DNA from: Octopus vulgaris | Lineage: Eukaryota | Assembly: GCA_951406725.2 (NCBI GenBank) | Contig: OX597817.1 | Span: 118,544,001-118,608,000, forward strand | Direction: 5' to 3' | Length of the DNA stretch: 64,000 bases | Part shown: piece after piece, positions 12,494 to 25,850 of the stretch | How positions within the stretch are numbered: the first letter of the stretch is position 1 | Layout of the letters: each line of letters begins with the position of its first letter | Notes under the pieces: generated by a model | What the model was told of the DNA's origin: nothing | The model's database searches: none | The model's input: only the letters and a program-made list of their open reading frames with translations | Translations under genes and position numbers: made by a program

Positions 12494-12962
12494 TATATAC
12501 ATACATATATTGTGTATGTGCTGTGGTTTATGGGTGTACACCAAAACAGTCACCATACATAGTTGAATATGTAGAAAGTGTTATGCGTATTTGAGGGTAC
12601 CAATGTATTTATCTGCTTTCACAGCATTGTTTAGTATAGTGAACTAGTGTGAGTGGCATGTATATTTATGTACATCTATATATACATACATAAATCAACA
12701 TGTGAGTATGTGCCTGTATGTTTGTATCTATGTATGAGGTCGGGGTATAGATTGATGCTATCATTTTATGTAATAATTTGACGCACACATGCAGTTATGG
12801 CTGTAAGTTTTTGTAGCTGTTTGAGAATGTATTACATAAGGCACTTATGCAATTGTAGTACGGTTTGGGCTGTTAGGCCTTCTTTATGTAAGTATCAGCA
12901 ATCTGAAATGAAATAAAATGAATCGAGATATAGGTGGCAGCTGTAGGTTATATATATGTATG

Positions 12963-13009
<47 letters not shown>

Positions 13010-13023
<14 letters not shown>

Positions 13024-14654
13024 AAACGGAAAATGTGTAGGTACAGGTCTTTTCTTGAACCCACTTAAAATCCATATCTTACATCCGATTCCGTTCACAC
13101 TGGGACCATACATCACTTACGGTCCAGACATGGTCATATACTCTTCAAAGTTTCTTCATAATATGTAATATCGCCCCTAGGGGAAAAACACCTTCACATA
13201 AGTAGATAGCAAATGCCAACAATCTTTGTTTCAAGGGACATTAATCTTGATGACGTAGTTATGCTACTTTCACCTCGTCTTCTACTACAGTTTTTAAAAT
13301 GCTCTTAACTGCAAACCGCTGATATTTATACATTAGTACGTCCTTGAGGCAGCCATGCAATTTAAATCAATTTTTAGTTATTTTTTGAATGCTTTCAGAA
13401 ATTAACCCATGTTATATATATTCTATGCCTTTACTCATACAAAGTTTTGACGGTTATACAGTTTTTACGATGCCCAATTCGCTGCAAACTACCGATATTT
13501 GCACGTTAGCACAAAGCTGTTCTTGCACCAACAAATGCAGCTATCATTACCCTTAACTACTATCTTCTCAAGAACGATCTTAAAGATCAGTTGACATCGT
13601 TATCGACCTCAATCAGGTTACACACTTTCCAACAGAATTTCTCAAATCCAAACAGCCTCCAGGACACCCTCCCCACTTAAAAGCCGGTTGCCCAGTCATT
13701 CTCCTACGCAATCTAAACGCACCCACACTATGCAATAGAACTCGCCTTGTAGTCAAACAAATTATGGACCACGACATTGAAGCCCAAATTAACATGGAAC
13801 ACAGCAAAAACAATATCGTTTTTATTCCGAATATTCTGCCTACTGTATTCAGAGACTTCATTACCCTCTCAAACTCAGGTTCGCCATGACAGTTAACAAA
13901 GCACAAGGTCACTCGCTGAAAATTGTCGGATTCGAACTTCGAACGTCATGCTCTTCACATGGACAGTTCTACGTCGGTTGTTCCAGAGTTGGCCATCCAG
14001 ACTACTTATTCATCTATGCTCCTGAAGAAAGAAAACCAAAAATATCGTCTACAAAGCAGCCCTACACTAGTTACTTCTCTACTGCAATTTTCACATCTAC
14101 GCCAAACTAGCCGTTAGCTATCAGACTTCCTACAAGCATTTCATTGACATTTTGCTTCATTTCCGTGGTTGTTATTAACAGTACATTATCTTCCATGACC
14201 CTTCCTACTTCACGCACGCTGCTCACTCATAAGCATGCTCTGACATTTATTTTTTACATACCATTATTCTATTTGTGTGTTTGCAATAAATGTTTGCTTT
14301 TGTTTATCATACATGGCTTTCATTGAAAAAAAGCTTGAATGCGGTTGTGTCAGGCATTACGTGTAAAATAACTACATGCTACAAAATCTTTCAGGTAAGA
14401 TACAGGGTCCCTAGAGCCTACAGCAATTGCGATCTCATTTCATGGACTTTCATTTATTACTAACTTCCAAATTCGTGTTCAGAAAACTTTATTCATTACC
14501 TAGGTTGCTTAATACCTTATATTCATAAGGAAATTAGTAACTATACATTTTATTTGAAACAAATTCTAACTGCGGACTAATTCAATTTAAACCGTCCACA
14601 GAAATGCGCCATTATAATAAACTACACCGTCCAAAGGACAGGTGCGTTTTCTAA
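13010..14654 (+). mobile_element. Internally deleted Helitron
   Basis: Pif1 helicase fragment; subterminal hairpin CCGTCC-AAA-GGACAGG (14627-14642) followed by CTAA|T (14651-14654); the 5' end merges into (TA)n (TATATAATAAAA). Confidence 0.75.
13470..14050 (+). pseudogene. Helitron Rep/Hel Pif1-family helicase C-terminal fragment, frameshifted
   Basis: KAVLAPTNAAI, FPTEFLKSKQPPGHPPHLKAGCPVILLRNLNAPTLCNRTRLVVK, FAMTVNKAQGHSL, SHGQFYVGCSRVG. Confidence 0.88.
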
Positions 14655-14842
14655 TGTATATATATATATATATAAAACTTAAAGAAAACTACTATTATGC
14701 GATTCAAACAAGGATAGACATAAACCAAATCATAAATAAAAAGTAAAATATATTTTAAAACATATAACTAGATCATTATATATTATTTGTTTAAACAAAT
14801 AATATTTAACTCTCACCAGATGGAGTATCTTTTTTTTTATTC

Positions 14843-15186
14843 GTGTGGTAAGAAGTTTGCTTTCAAACCACATGGTTTTGGATTCAGCTGGACTGCTTGA
14901 TACCTCAGATAGGTGATTCCTCGGACCAACCAAAGCTTTGTGAGTGGATTTAATAGACGGAAACTGAAAGAAATCCGTCGTATATATACAAATTTGTGTT
15001 CGTGCGTGGGTGCTTGTGTCTGTGTTTGTCCCCAAATATTACTTGACAACCAGTCTTGGTGTGTTTATAACTTAGCGGTTCATCTAAATTGAAATAAGTT
15101 ACAGGTTAAAGCAAAATAAGTACTGAGTTCAATTCAATCGACTAAACATTCATGGATGCAGTCAAATGATTAAAACATGTGAAAGA
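14843..15186 (+). mobile_element. Composite tRNA-derived SINE, family B
   Basis: gtgtggtaagaagtttgc..ccacatggtt..gtgagtggattt..gacggaaactgaaagaa..gcagtcaaatga; related pieces at ~2720-2860(-), 22228-22450(-), 35190-35310(+), 41655-41735(-), 42480-42577(+), 44348-44590(+). Confidence 0.75.
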
Positions 15187-15304
15187 ATCAATAGCTTAAA
15201 ATTTGTTACCGAATGAAAAAAGAACGTGAGCTACTAATATTCAGAAAAATACTCGTAGTTGTGAGGCATGCAAATGTTTGCTTGAAAAATCCTGTGTAAT
15301 TCAT

Positions 15305-15505
15305 GTAGATAGATACATAAATAGACAGACAGACAGGCAGGTAGACAGGTAGGTAGGTAGGTAGGTAGGTAGGTAGGTAGGTAGGTAGGTAGGTAGGTAG
15401 GTAGGTAGGTAGGTAGGTAGGTAGGTAGGTAGGTAGATAGATAGATAGATAGAGAGAGAGAAAGAGGTAGGTAGGCATAGATAGATAGATAGATAGATGG
15501 ATAGA
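15305..15505. repeat. (GACA)/(GGTA)n/(GATA)n tetranucleotide repeat
   Basis: Direct reading. Confidence 0.95.
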
Positions 15506-18500
15506 CATACGTATGTGTGTATACATACATGTAATTATATATTCAGTCATATACGTACACACAACACGCACACACGCACATAGGTATGTAGATATTGACT
15601 CTTTAATATTTTTAAGCCGATGCGATCATTGTGATGCTCTGATTCTAAAGATGGCTGCATAATATCGATTTATTTTTTACTGTTGCATATGTTGAGACCT
15701 ATTTTGTATGCTGAATGTTCAGCAAGTTCGTGGAGGTTGTTCAAGAACAAGTTTAATTATCTCTCGAAGATACTCGATTCAAACCAGAAAAACTTCATAT
15801 ATTTGGAAATTCTTTAAATGTGTTTGAAAATAGTTTTTGATTAAATTTGAAAAACTTTTCACAAAACAGCTACAGTACACAATTATCGGTTCTGTTGCCG
15901 AAGATGATGCTGGATGAAAATATCGATGAGTTGGATTCATGTATGACAAATTTTCGTGTCGTGTTTTACGATGTTGTTGAATACATACGTACAATCGAAG
16001 ACCTGGAGACGGGGCCTGTATATACGTAATCGGTTAGTAGTGAATATATGAAATATAAAATTGCGAAATATTTTCTTTTCCCTATGTAATAGGAAGAAGA
16101 TGTGACGAATTGTTGTTTATGATAAAACCCTAAGAAATGCATGAAATCACAACTTCCTATTTTATTTCTATTTCTTTTTAAAAAATGAACTTAGATACAA
16201 ACAACAAAATTCATGAGTTTCTGTTTTTACGTACGATAACAAACATTATCTATATCCTCACGAAACTACTTAGATTATTTTATATGTAAAGCTACTTAAT
16301 ACAAATCCTAAAGGAATGTATGTAGGTATTCACTAGAAAAAATATACTTAAGATATTTCATAGAAACATTTAACATGATTACACGCAACTCAGCTGATCA
16401 TAGCTGATGTGCTATGAAAGACTAAACAAAACCAACGGGTTCTCAAGTATAATAAAGTACCTGATGAAATAATGTGGCGTTGAGTTTATACATCCATGTT
16501 CTGAGTTCAATTTCCAACGGTATCGACAAATTATGTTTAGGAAATATACTACGAACGGTTCAGTCACCTATATTTTGTATTACCCTCTATCTAGTCGCCT
16601 ATACAAATCAATATAACTATGAAGCCTGGAAGACTACAAATACAGTAGGGTGCTATAATAAATTATTTTCAATATATGGTTTTTATCTCATTCTAAGTCG
16701 AAATTGGACTAGGAACAAATTTGGTTTCCATCCATATGATGATCGATAAAAGATAAAACAGTTGTTAAATTCTAGCCTCAAGCCAACCCTGATCGAAAAG
16801 GCATATGATCAAATGCTTTTGCTATCGTGACTGTTTCGTTTTGTTGTTATTGTTTACCCTAAGTAAAGAAAGTTGAATATGTATCTCTCTCCCTATCTCT
16901 CTCTCTCTCTCTCTCTTTCTGTATATGTGTCTATATATACATATATTTATTATATATGCGTGTGTGTATGTATGTAGGTATGTATGTATGTATATATATA
17001 TATATATGTATATATATGTATGCATTTATATATGTATGTGTGTGCGCGTGTGTATGTGTGTGCGCGTGTGTGTGTATGTTTGACTGCGTGTGTGTGTGTC
17101 CAATATGTCCGCTCTTCTAAGAGGCTAGTTGTTTGAATTTTCCGGAGTTCGGATGTTATTTGAACCAGATCGAGTGTCTTATATAGTGGCCTCCTGGTTG
17201 ACTCGTAAACATAGGTAATATATTGGGTCATATTTATTTTATTAAAATCTTCAGTAAACAGAGCCCACCAGCTTAAATGAAAAACTAATGATACGTGATT
17301 ATGTATGATACGGGATGTTACCAGAGAGGGGATATATTTCGCTTCTACCCCTGTTCTTTAAGTTCTAATCTCGCAGGATTATACTTCGCGTTTCTTTCTT
17401 CTATGGTCGATAAAAGAAGTATCATTAATATGCTGGAATTGATTTCTGGAAACATCTCTTATATCTCCGCTGTTACGAGACTTGGCCTTCCGCCTGATCA
17501 AAAGAAATCAGTATTATATAAATTGCATTCAAATTGGCTTATTTTTCCGATACAATAGAACTAACATAATTATATGATTGGGAAGAAGTGTCATAAAACC
17601 AAGCACTGTCGTAAAACTTTATTGCATTCATAAGGAAGTTTATATTTTCGTATTAATTAAAATTTGGCACACTATTTAATCATACTACTTACGAACAACT
17701 GTTTCCCATGTATTGATTGCATTGTCATAATTTACTATTAGCACTGAATCAATGCGGAAATATAACTCTTTCCTTTAGTGTCGTTTAATACTATTCCGGA
17801 CTTTTCTTTAACTGCATTAAGGACCCGTATGTGAAAAATTAATTCCTTTCATTTGATAATATGAAGCATGCGTTACATATGAGAAGTGCTGCCAGTGGTA
17901 ACTATTGAATGCTTTCTGAAGTAAAAGAACAAGAAAATTTGCTACAATACTGTTTATGAGCTTCATGATGGATGTGAACTGTCGTTCTCTGCTTGACATT
18001 TAAAGTGACACTTTAGTAACCTGTAGCCATTTCACTAACAAGCTACTTATTTTTATATTTCCTTCTCGGAACTACAAGATGTAGACGCTCCAACTTTTGT
18101 ACGGCAATACCAAAATGGTTACCTCTATGCGGTCAATTTACCGGATAAAGAGAGGAAATATGTCGAGTCACACCCTACTATCTTAAAGTTGAAGGATTTT
18201 TTGGCAAGTTGCAGGACTCATTGGGCATTTTTGTAAAGTCCTAGCTTTACAGGAACAGTAGGTAAACATAGTAATCAATCCAAACTGACTTAGTTAAATA
18301 AGCACAACAACAATGATGCTACGAGTGAATGTGCGAATCATAGTGTATTTTCACAAAGATTTCAGATTAATTTGCGAAATGACCTCAGGTTAATTCACAT
18401 TGTAAAGATAGCTTATCATCGAAAACCGAAATGCTAAACAGCATGCATTAAATTCTCTTACCAAAAGATTACGATTGCCTTTCGTTTCATTACGGGTGGG

Positions 18501-19838
18501 GGAGTTCTCGTTATTTTAGATGCTGGCGAAGTTTCTCTAAATGTTCTTGCTGATACTGTTAACTCCATTGTTCCTGCTGCTCCTCCTTTCGTTGTTCTTG
18601 TTGCTGATTTCACTGTGGCATTTGTTCCTTTTATTGTAGCTGTTCCAGCGCTTGTGGGTGCACGCCGTGGTCAACCTTTGCTGCTGATGTCATTCGTAAT
18701 GCTTCCTGGACAGAAAAATCTTATATTGAGTGTGTCGCTGTATTAGTAACATCTAGGCTTTCTCTCCTTAACTGCCACGAATAGTTTGTCGCTGCTGCTG
18801 CCACTACTTTTTCTTCTTGTCGTTCTCCTTAACAATTTAGGTGTTTTAGTTGCTGTTATTTCGTTTACGTTTGTCGTCATCGTAACTCTTGTTGATATCG
18901 CTATTCATTGTAGTAGTAGTATTGGTGACGATAACAATGGTTCCACTGTCGCTGTCCGTTCTTTTGAATTGTTGTTACTGTCGACTTTTCAATGCTGGGT
19001 AGTAATTTGGAAGAAGATGGAGAGCGCTGCGTATAAACAACGGTTATAAACATTACCTACTTCAATCCGGTATTCTGTCGGAGAAACATAATTGGGAAGT
19101 TTTGACTTTTCTTTAAATAGGGAACTTTCTGAAAATATAAGAATAATTCTGCTTCAAATGCTAAAGAGAAAGCAGAACGAACAAGTTTCTGGGGATGCTG
19201 GTCAGGTTAGCAATGACACAGAACAACCATTTTCAAAAAATATAAACATTTAAAACGTAGTCAGAAGCAAAACTTGCTACATAGCTAGCGTTATCTATTA
19301 CCACCTGATCGTCGTGCTTTATCCACTTCATGTCTGAGTAGTTTAGAATGCCTGCTCTTCTCTTTTTAAAGAATACCAAGACAGTCCATCTGCTGTCGGC
19401 AACTATTATGCGGAGGACTGAGAGTGCCGTATTTGATGATGTACAGTCATAAACTGAGATTGCGAGATTTCCATGACGGGGAACAAGAGCGGGTGCTGTT
19501 TGCCAGTCGCATTTTTACTAGCTCATCTCTTTAACAGAGCTGCAGTCCTGGGTCTAATGAAGAGCGAGACAGTGTGCTTGCCATCTGGAATTTCGCCAAG
19601 CGCTCAACAGACCTCTACCAATTAGGCAATGTAATCGGCGGAAATTAGGTATTAGTGCGCTACAGATGTTAAAGAGGATGAAGTGAGGGTGAAAGCGATG
19701 AAGTTCCGAGAGAAACTCTGGGCACAGTTAGGTAAAGGAACTAAGTAATCGACTAACCCACACCCCTCAAGAAGTCCTAGTTTTTTCCTAAATCATCATC
19801 ATCATCGTTGTCGTGATCGTCGTCGTGGTTATTGTTGC

Positions 19839-19872
<34 letters not shown>

Positions 19873-19916
19873 GCTGTTGTTGCTGTTGTTGTTGTTGTTG
19901 TTATTATTGTTGTTAA

Positions 19917-20100
19917 GGCGGTGAGCTAGCAGAACCGTTAGCTCACCGGGCACAATGAATAGCGGCATTTCGTCAGGTCACAGTTCAAATTTCACCGACT
20001 TCGACTTTGCGTTTCATCCTAAAATAATTACTAGTTGAGAACTGGGGTCAATGTAATCGACTTATCGCCTTCCCCGAAATTGCTGGCTTTGTACCAAATT
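19917..20100 (+). mobile_element. tRNA-derived SINE family A
   Basis: GGCGGTGAGCTAGCAGAACCGTTAGC A-box head, GTTCAAAT B-box, ctggggtcaatgtaatcgactt body; (TTA)n tail. Confidence 0.8.
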
Positions 20101-20109
20101 ATTATTATA

Positions 20110-20163
<54 letters not shown>

Positions 20164-20181
20164 TCATCATCATCATCATCA

Positions 20182-20227
<46 letters not shown>

Positions 20228-20265
20228 CATCATCATCATCATCATCATTATTATTATTATTATTA

Positions 20266-20782
20266 TAGACGTCGTGAGGTTGTTGATTGAAGATGTGTCT
20301 ACCGGGGGTTTGTACTGTTTGTCAAATCACAACAAGGACCTCAGACAGATAGTACTTTACGCAATATGTGTGTACTTCCAAGTAATGCCAACTTTTGCAA
20401 GACATCTAGATTGTAGGGTATTTCTAAGGTTTTCAGATGTTTTTTTTTCAAATAGGGTGGTTTTGAACCCAATTCTCCAATGACAATAGGGATAAACTTT
20501 ATGTTTGACTCTCGTAGATGCCAGATCTTAGCGATCTCAATTCTCAAGTCGCCATATTTATTAAACTTTACTCTTCCTTTCATGATGATATGTTGATCTG
20601 GCACTGCCACATCAATTATTAGGCACACTTGTTTGTCCCTCCTAAAGGTTACTATATTCGGCCTTCGGTGCTATAAAATCTCGTCTGTTTGGAAACCAAA
20701 GTCCTAGAGGATTTTTGCCTTCCCCTTTTCGTCCATTACCATTTTCCGGTGTCAGTTGGTATCAAGCAGTCGTGACCACATA
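20266..20782 (-). mobile_element. 5'-truncated R4/Dong LINE, subfamily 3, in (TAA)n
   Basis: CLIIDVAVPD...KYGDLRIEIAKIW...IPIVIGELG...LQKLALLGSTHILRKVLSV*; (TTA)n on both sides. Confidence 0.85.
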
Positions 20783-20783
20783 C

Positions 20784-20814
<31 letters not shown>

Positions 20815-21827
20815 TCTGTTTTCTCTTATTTGTCTCTCTTATGTTTGTCGTTGTTGTTGTTATCATCAAGTCATCATGTCTATCTCTCGCTGACAATGAA
20901 AAGTGACAACGAGAGCATTATCAGCAGAATGTGAACAGATATTCAGAAAAGTTCTTTCATAATATCATTATTTATAGACGATAAGACAGCTATCAAAATT
21001 AGGCGAAGTGATAAATACCAGTCGTTTCTCAACGAGGAAGGGAGGGGATATTAGAGTATTGTGTCATAAATTTGACAACCTGACAGAATTTTATCATCTT
21101 ATAAAATCATGTCTTGAAGATCGTATTACAACAGTTGCAGTTCAATATATATTTAAGTATGACGTTTAGTTGAAAACATGAGAAGTACATAGACATAAAT
21201 AGCTAGAAAGGGCGAAACAAGAAAGAAGATGAAGTAGAGAAGAGAGAGAAGACTAATGTAAAGTAGATATGAAGGAGAAACGAAAGAAAGCGAACGCTAC
21301 TAAAAATGATAGGATAACACGTAAAATTGAATTTAAATATATTTCTTTATTTATAGAGTTATAATATGCACTTAAATGTATAATCACAAATGCACTTACA
21401 TATATATATATATATACTCATAAATAAATATGAGTGTGTGTACGTGTTTATGCATGTATTTACGTGCGATATCCATATGTATATAAAGGTACGGGGGTGA
21501 GCTCAATATTTCCTAAGAAATATTGTTCAGCAACGTATCAAATTGAGGAAGCACATTCGCTTTACGTTTCAATAACAGTTTATCGAGAGATAATTTACAT
21601 AAATATTTTGAAGCGCTTGTGTTATAAGCTATATAAATTACTGATGCGTTAGATAGTGCTGTCGAAAAACTATAGATATATTCTATGCTACATTGCAGCA
21701 TACGTGTGTGTGCATGTTTATTTGTCTCAGTGTATGCGTGAGTATGTCTATGTGCTTATCAATGTGTAAGCAAATTTATGTATAGGTATGCTTAAATTTC
21801 CATATAGAGATATACAGAGAAAAGCAA

Positions 21828-21869
21828 ATAGATAGATAAATAGATAGATAGATAGATAGACAGATAGAC

Positions 21870-21957
<88 letters not shown>

Positions 21958-21985
21958 TGATTGATAGACAGATTGATTGATTGAT

Positions 21986-22066
<81 letters not shown>

Positions 22067-22068
22067 CA
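21828..22068. repeat. (GATA)n/(GACA)n repeat
   Basis: Direct reading. Confidence 0.95.
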
Positions 22069-22227
22069 CATGACCTATGTTGAAGAGAACACGTTAGTGT
22101 CCTATATGCGAATGAGGCTAGAAAGGATCTGCGTGATGTCAAATATTTATTTTAATGTAGTTGGGCCCTGTAGAAATTTGTCGAGAACTGCAGTAATGAA
22201 TGGTTGAAAAAATGTACTTGTGTATAT

Positions 22228-22450
22228 CTTTTATCCTCTACTTGTTTCAGTCATTACACTGGGCCCATGCTGGGGCACCGCCTTGCAGAATTTTGTAGCC
22301 GAACAAATTGACCGCAATACTTAGTTTTTTTTAAAACCCAATACTTAATCTATCGATATATTTTGTCGAACTGCCAAGTTACAGGGATGTAAACGAACCA
22401 ACGTACCAACACCAGTTGTTAAGCGGTGCTGGAGAACAAAGTCATCACAC
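22228..22450 (-). mobile_element. SINE family B, 3' half
   Basis: acttgtttcagtcatt..ccatgctggggcaccgcc..gggatgtaaac..accagttgttaagcggtg. Confidence 0.7.
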
Positions 22451-22494
22451 ACGCGCATATACATGCATATATATATACATATGTATATATATAC

Positions 22495-22537
<43 letters not shown>

Positions 22538-22542
<5 letters not shown>

Positions 22543-23056
22543 TGGTGTTGTTTGGTTAGGAGCTGACTCTTCTCCATCAGGTGATACCCGTCTGTTAAGA
22601 TTGAGGGCATCACCGTCAATGGATGCCCTTGGAGGTGCAACGTGATCAGAGACAGGACCCGGCAAAGCAGAGGCTGGACCTACATCCGCAGGTGTACTAT
22701 TAGGTCTGGTTCCCTGGGGAAGAGGAACCCTGGTGCAGTTAATTGTAAATTCCATAGTCTTTTCAAATGGCTAATAATGTGTGCGCGCGCCACTACTACA
22801 CACATTGGAAAGCATTGTACAACCAAGTACTAAAGAAGATCTTTCCTCCTCCATGAAACAAAGCTGTTCCCGCTGGACGTCAACCCAGTATTTCTAAGCT
22901 ACGGACCGAGTGATTTATTGTAAGGTTATCTCCCTAGATAGATTGCCTTTCTACCCCACTGACACAGGTTGTACTGGTTTACAGTTTACTAGTAGTAGGA
23001 TCCGATGCTGCATACAACAGACCTGACATGACAAGATCGTTCAGAATTGGTTGAGC
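22538..23056 (-). mobile_element. Probable 5' segment (5'UTR plus ORF start) of an RTE-like LINE, inverted relative to the adjacent 3' piece
   Basis: Non-repetitive ORF MEFTINCTRVPLPQGTRPNSTP... from 22755, cut at (TA)n; upstream AGGCAATCTATCTAGGGGAG resembles RTE 5'UTR motifs. Confidence 0.5.
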
Positions 23057-23322
23057 AACTACCACTTGTGTCATCTCTTATGAAAGGTAGGAGAGTCCAG
23101 TTTGCTGGACATTGTTGTAGGGCTGAAAACGAGGTAATTTCTACTCTTCTCCTCTGCAAGTCATCTACTCGCAATACCAGAGGGCGCATCCTCTCCTACC
23201 CTGATGTAATCTCCAGGGATACAAGCATCCAGCAACAGGACCTCCGTAATGCCATGATGGACCGTGAAGTCTGGCGTAGCATGGTAAATTCCATTGTCTC
23301 GACCACGGTCGAACAATGATGA

Positions 23323-23325
<3 letters not shown>
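23057..23325 (+). mobile_element. RTE-like LINE 3' end with (TGA)n tail
   Basis: RRVQFAGHCCRAENEVISTLLL...RGRILSYPDVISRD...AMMDREVWRSMV*, followed directly by TGATGATGA. Confidence 0.85.
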
Positions 23326-23368
<43 letters not shown>

Positions 23369-23448
23369 AAGTGGAGTTGTAGGGTACCGAACGAGTGGAA
23401 TTATATACAAAAGAAAGGTTTGAAAATGCAATTTTAAAAGATGTTTAT

Positions 23449-23493
23449 TTACTTTACCGGTTTCACTCTTTGGAAAAAGATTGTCAAAAGTAA
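23449..23493 (-). ncRNA. Minimal type I hammerhead-like motif, U3-A8 core variant (Penelope-type)
   Basis: ttactt-TTGACAA-tcttt.ttcc.aaaga.gt-GAAA-CCGG-TA-aagtaa: perfect 6-bp stem I, palindromic stem III, imperfect stem II junction. Confidence 0.5.
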
Positions 23494-23877
23494 CATGTAG
23501 AAATTTGGTTGCATTAATTATTGGTTGTTAAAAAATGCTACATTACATATATACAGTCTTTGGTAACAAGGACATGTTAAGGACATAAAAAAGTTTAACA
23601 AGTTCCTTAAAATATTGGGCACAAAAGATTACAACATAAATAATCATTCTCAAGAACATGTTAAAGATAGTTTCCAGAAGGAATTATTACAAAGTTCAGT
23701 GGGATATTGGTATTGTATCTGTATATTCAAACACGCACAGAATATTGGTTGACACAGAGTACTACAATACATATATATAAATTCTTTGGTGACAAGATCA
23801 TGTTAAGAACATAAAAAAGTTTAACAAGTTCACTGAAATATTGCGCCCAGCTCGCCGCCTTTCTAAATATATAATTG

Positions 23878-24109
23878 CCTATTTCTTTACTACCCACAAG
23901 GGGCTTAACAGAGAGAGGACAAACAAGGACAGACAAACGGATTAAGTCGATTATATCGACCCCAGTGCGCAACTGGTACTTAATTTGTCGACTCCGAAAG
24001 GATGAAAGGCAAAGTCGACCTCGCGGAATTTGAACTCAGAACGTACCGGCAGACGAAATACGGCTACGCACTTCGCCCGGCGTGCTAACGTTTCTCCCAG
24101 CTCACCACA
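23878..24109 (-). mobile_element. Full-length tRNA-derived SINE family A with 17-bp flanking direct repeat
   Basis: A/B boxes; body GCCTTTCATCCTTTCGGAGTCGACAAATTAAGTACCAG; TTTCTAAATATATAATT at 23860-23876 and 24110-24126. Confidence 0.9.
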
Positions 24110-25559
24110 TTTCTAAATATATAATTACTGTTAACTGAACAAGCTTTCCAGGGCAGTACATTTAAAAGTAGGAAGAGGTACTTAATTATTAGTGAAGTTG
24201 TAGTTGCTGGACGGCTGCAACCTTATAGTGTCTTTATCACGTCGGACAAAATACGTGACAGCATTTTTCCTCGTTTTAGTTCTGTGTTCAAATTCCTCCG
24301 AAGTCAACTTCGCCTTTTATTCTTTGGATGTCGATAAAATAAGTGCCTTGTACCAATAATAGAACATATTATTTTGTTGGAGGTAATTTTTTTTATATTG
24401 AATCGCTTGATAGAGCTAGCAAAATTTTTCCAGCTGCTAATATCTATTGTTCGACGGAAAATGAGAACATATTAAATTTACGAATTCTTTTGCAATATTT
24501 GTTCTCACATTGAAAGTGACATTTCGATTATACTTCAAGATAATTCTAGTTATCTTCCTACGTCTTGCTGTGTATATCGAGTTACTCTGAACATCCACTA
24601 TAACCCAAATAGTCGTTATAATAATGAGAGGCAGTAAAAATATTTTCTTTCGAGAAGAGTAAAATGAATCTCCTGCTAATATTAGAAGCTACAATTCACA
24701 GAATGGACAAATAACTACAACTGATATTGATATAAAAATAACTTTCCATTAAATCTTTAGTAAGGGCCGAATTTATTCGTGTCTAAGTTTAAAGTCATAT
24801 ACTGAAGATTAATTACTATCAGATTGGTATTATTAACTGCGATTCTTAAACATATTATTAAACACATTCGTGAAATCTTTTCTAAATATATCTAATTCGT
24901 CGCCATACACACTATGCGCTATTCAGAGCTGGCTGTCTCTTAAAGGTTTCCCTTCAAGGTAAGAATTTCTTTTTTCATCTTATTCTGGAAAGCTTGTCTA
25001 GCTATTGAAATATTCAAATATTTTAATTCCATATTGCTTTTCAAAAAGATCTCTAGTGTGAGTGAGAGCGTGTGTGTGTGTATGTGTGTGCGCGAGTGTG
25101 TATTTTGCCGATGCTTATTGATATATCGGCTATGGATAAAAACACGGGCTAGAAGAAAAGAAAACAGTATTTTACGAACGCTAGCGTAGAGATATGTTTG
25201 TTCCACATCAATATACAGACAGTTGCTTGTCACTATCTCTATCAGAAATGCAGTGGATAATGAATGGTTCGTAGAAAACCTGTAACCAATACCTCTATTG
25301 TACACAAACTATTATAGAACGTAAACAAATATAATACCACCGAGTTAAAATTATCTTTCATCATTCCAGAAACGATAAAATATATACCAATCAAGTGTTG
25401 CAGTCGACTTATACGATCTTGATTTTTCTCAAAATATATGGTCCTATACCTGTATTGAAATCCACTCATTAATATTGTTATGAGAATTAAGTTGATGAAT
25501 TGGAAGAAACATTAGGAATAGAATATAATATCTCACTGCATTATGCTCTCACTCGAGCC

Positions 25560-25850
25560 AGCGAGGGATCCACAATGTGGCCAATAGGTCAACTAGAAAT
25601 GTCTGCAAATCTTTCTCACATCACTCCCTAACGTCTTAAATAAGGAAAGGAAACATGTCCTACATAGCACTAAAAACATGATGTTTACAGATAGATCCAT
25701 TTGAACATACGCCTGATCGGGCAGACCTTGGGGTAGATAACAATTATGGAGATTTTACCCGATTGCACAGCCTACTAGAAATATCGGCTGAACCTTCCAA
25801 ATTGTATTCTACCAGATGTCGTTCCTATTCTTTCTCAAAAAGGGATGCCA
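25560..25850 (+). repeat. Old dispersed repeat family (ctagaaat..gc..aatct..caaatcac)
   Basis: Similar degenerate blocks at ~26630-26830(-), 39090-39270, 48520-48600(-) and 54100-54170; family not assigned. Confidence 0.4.

Noticed and set aside
19000-19780. Possible ancient LINE remnant (IWKK..., AKEKAE)
   Set aside because: Motifs too short and degenerate to support a call
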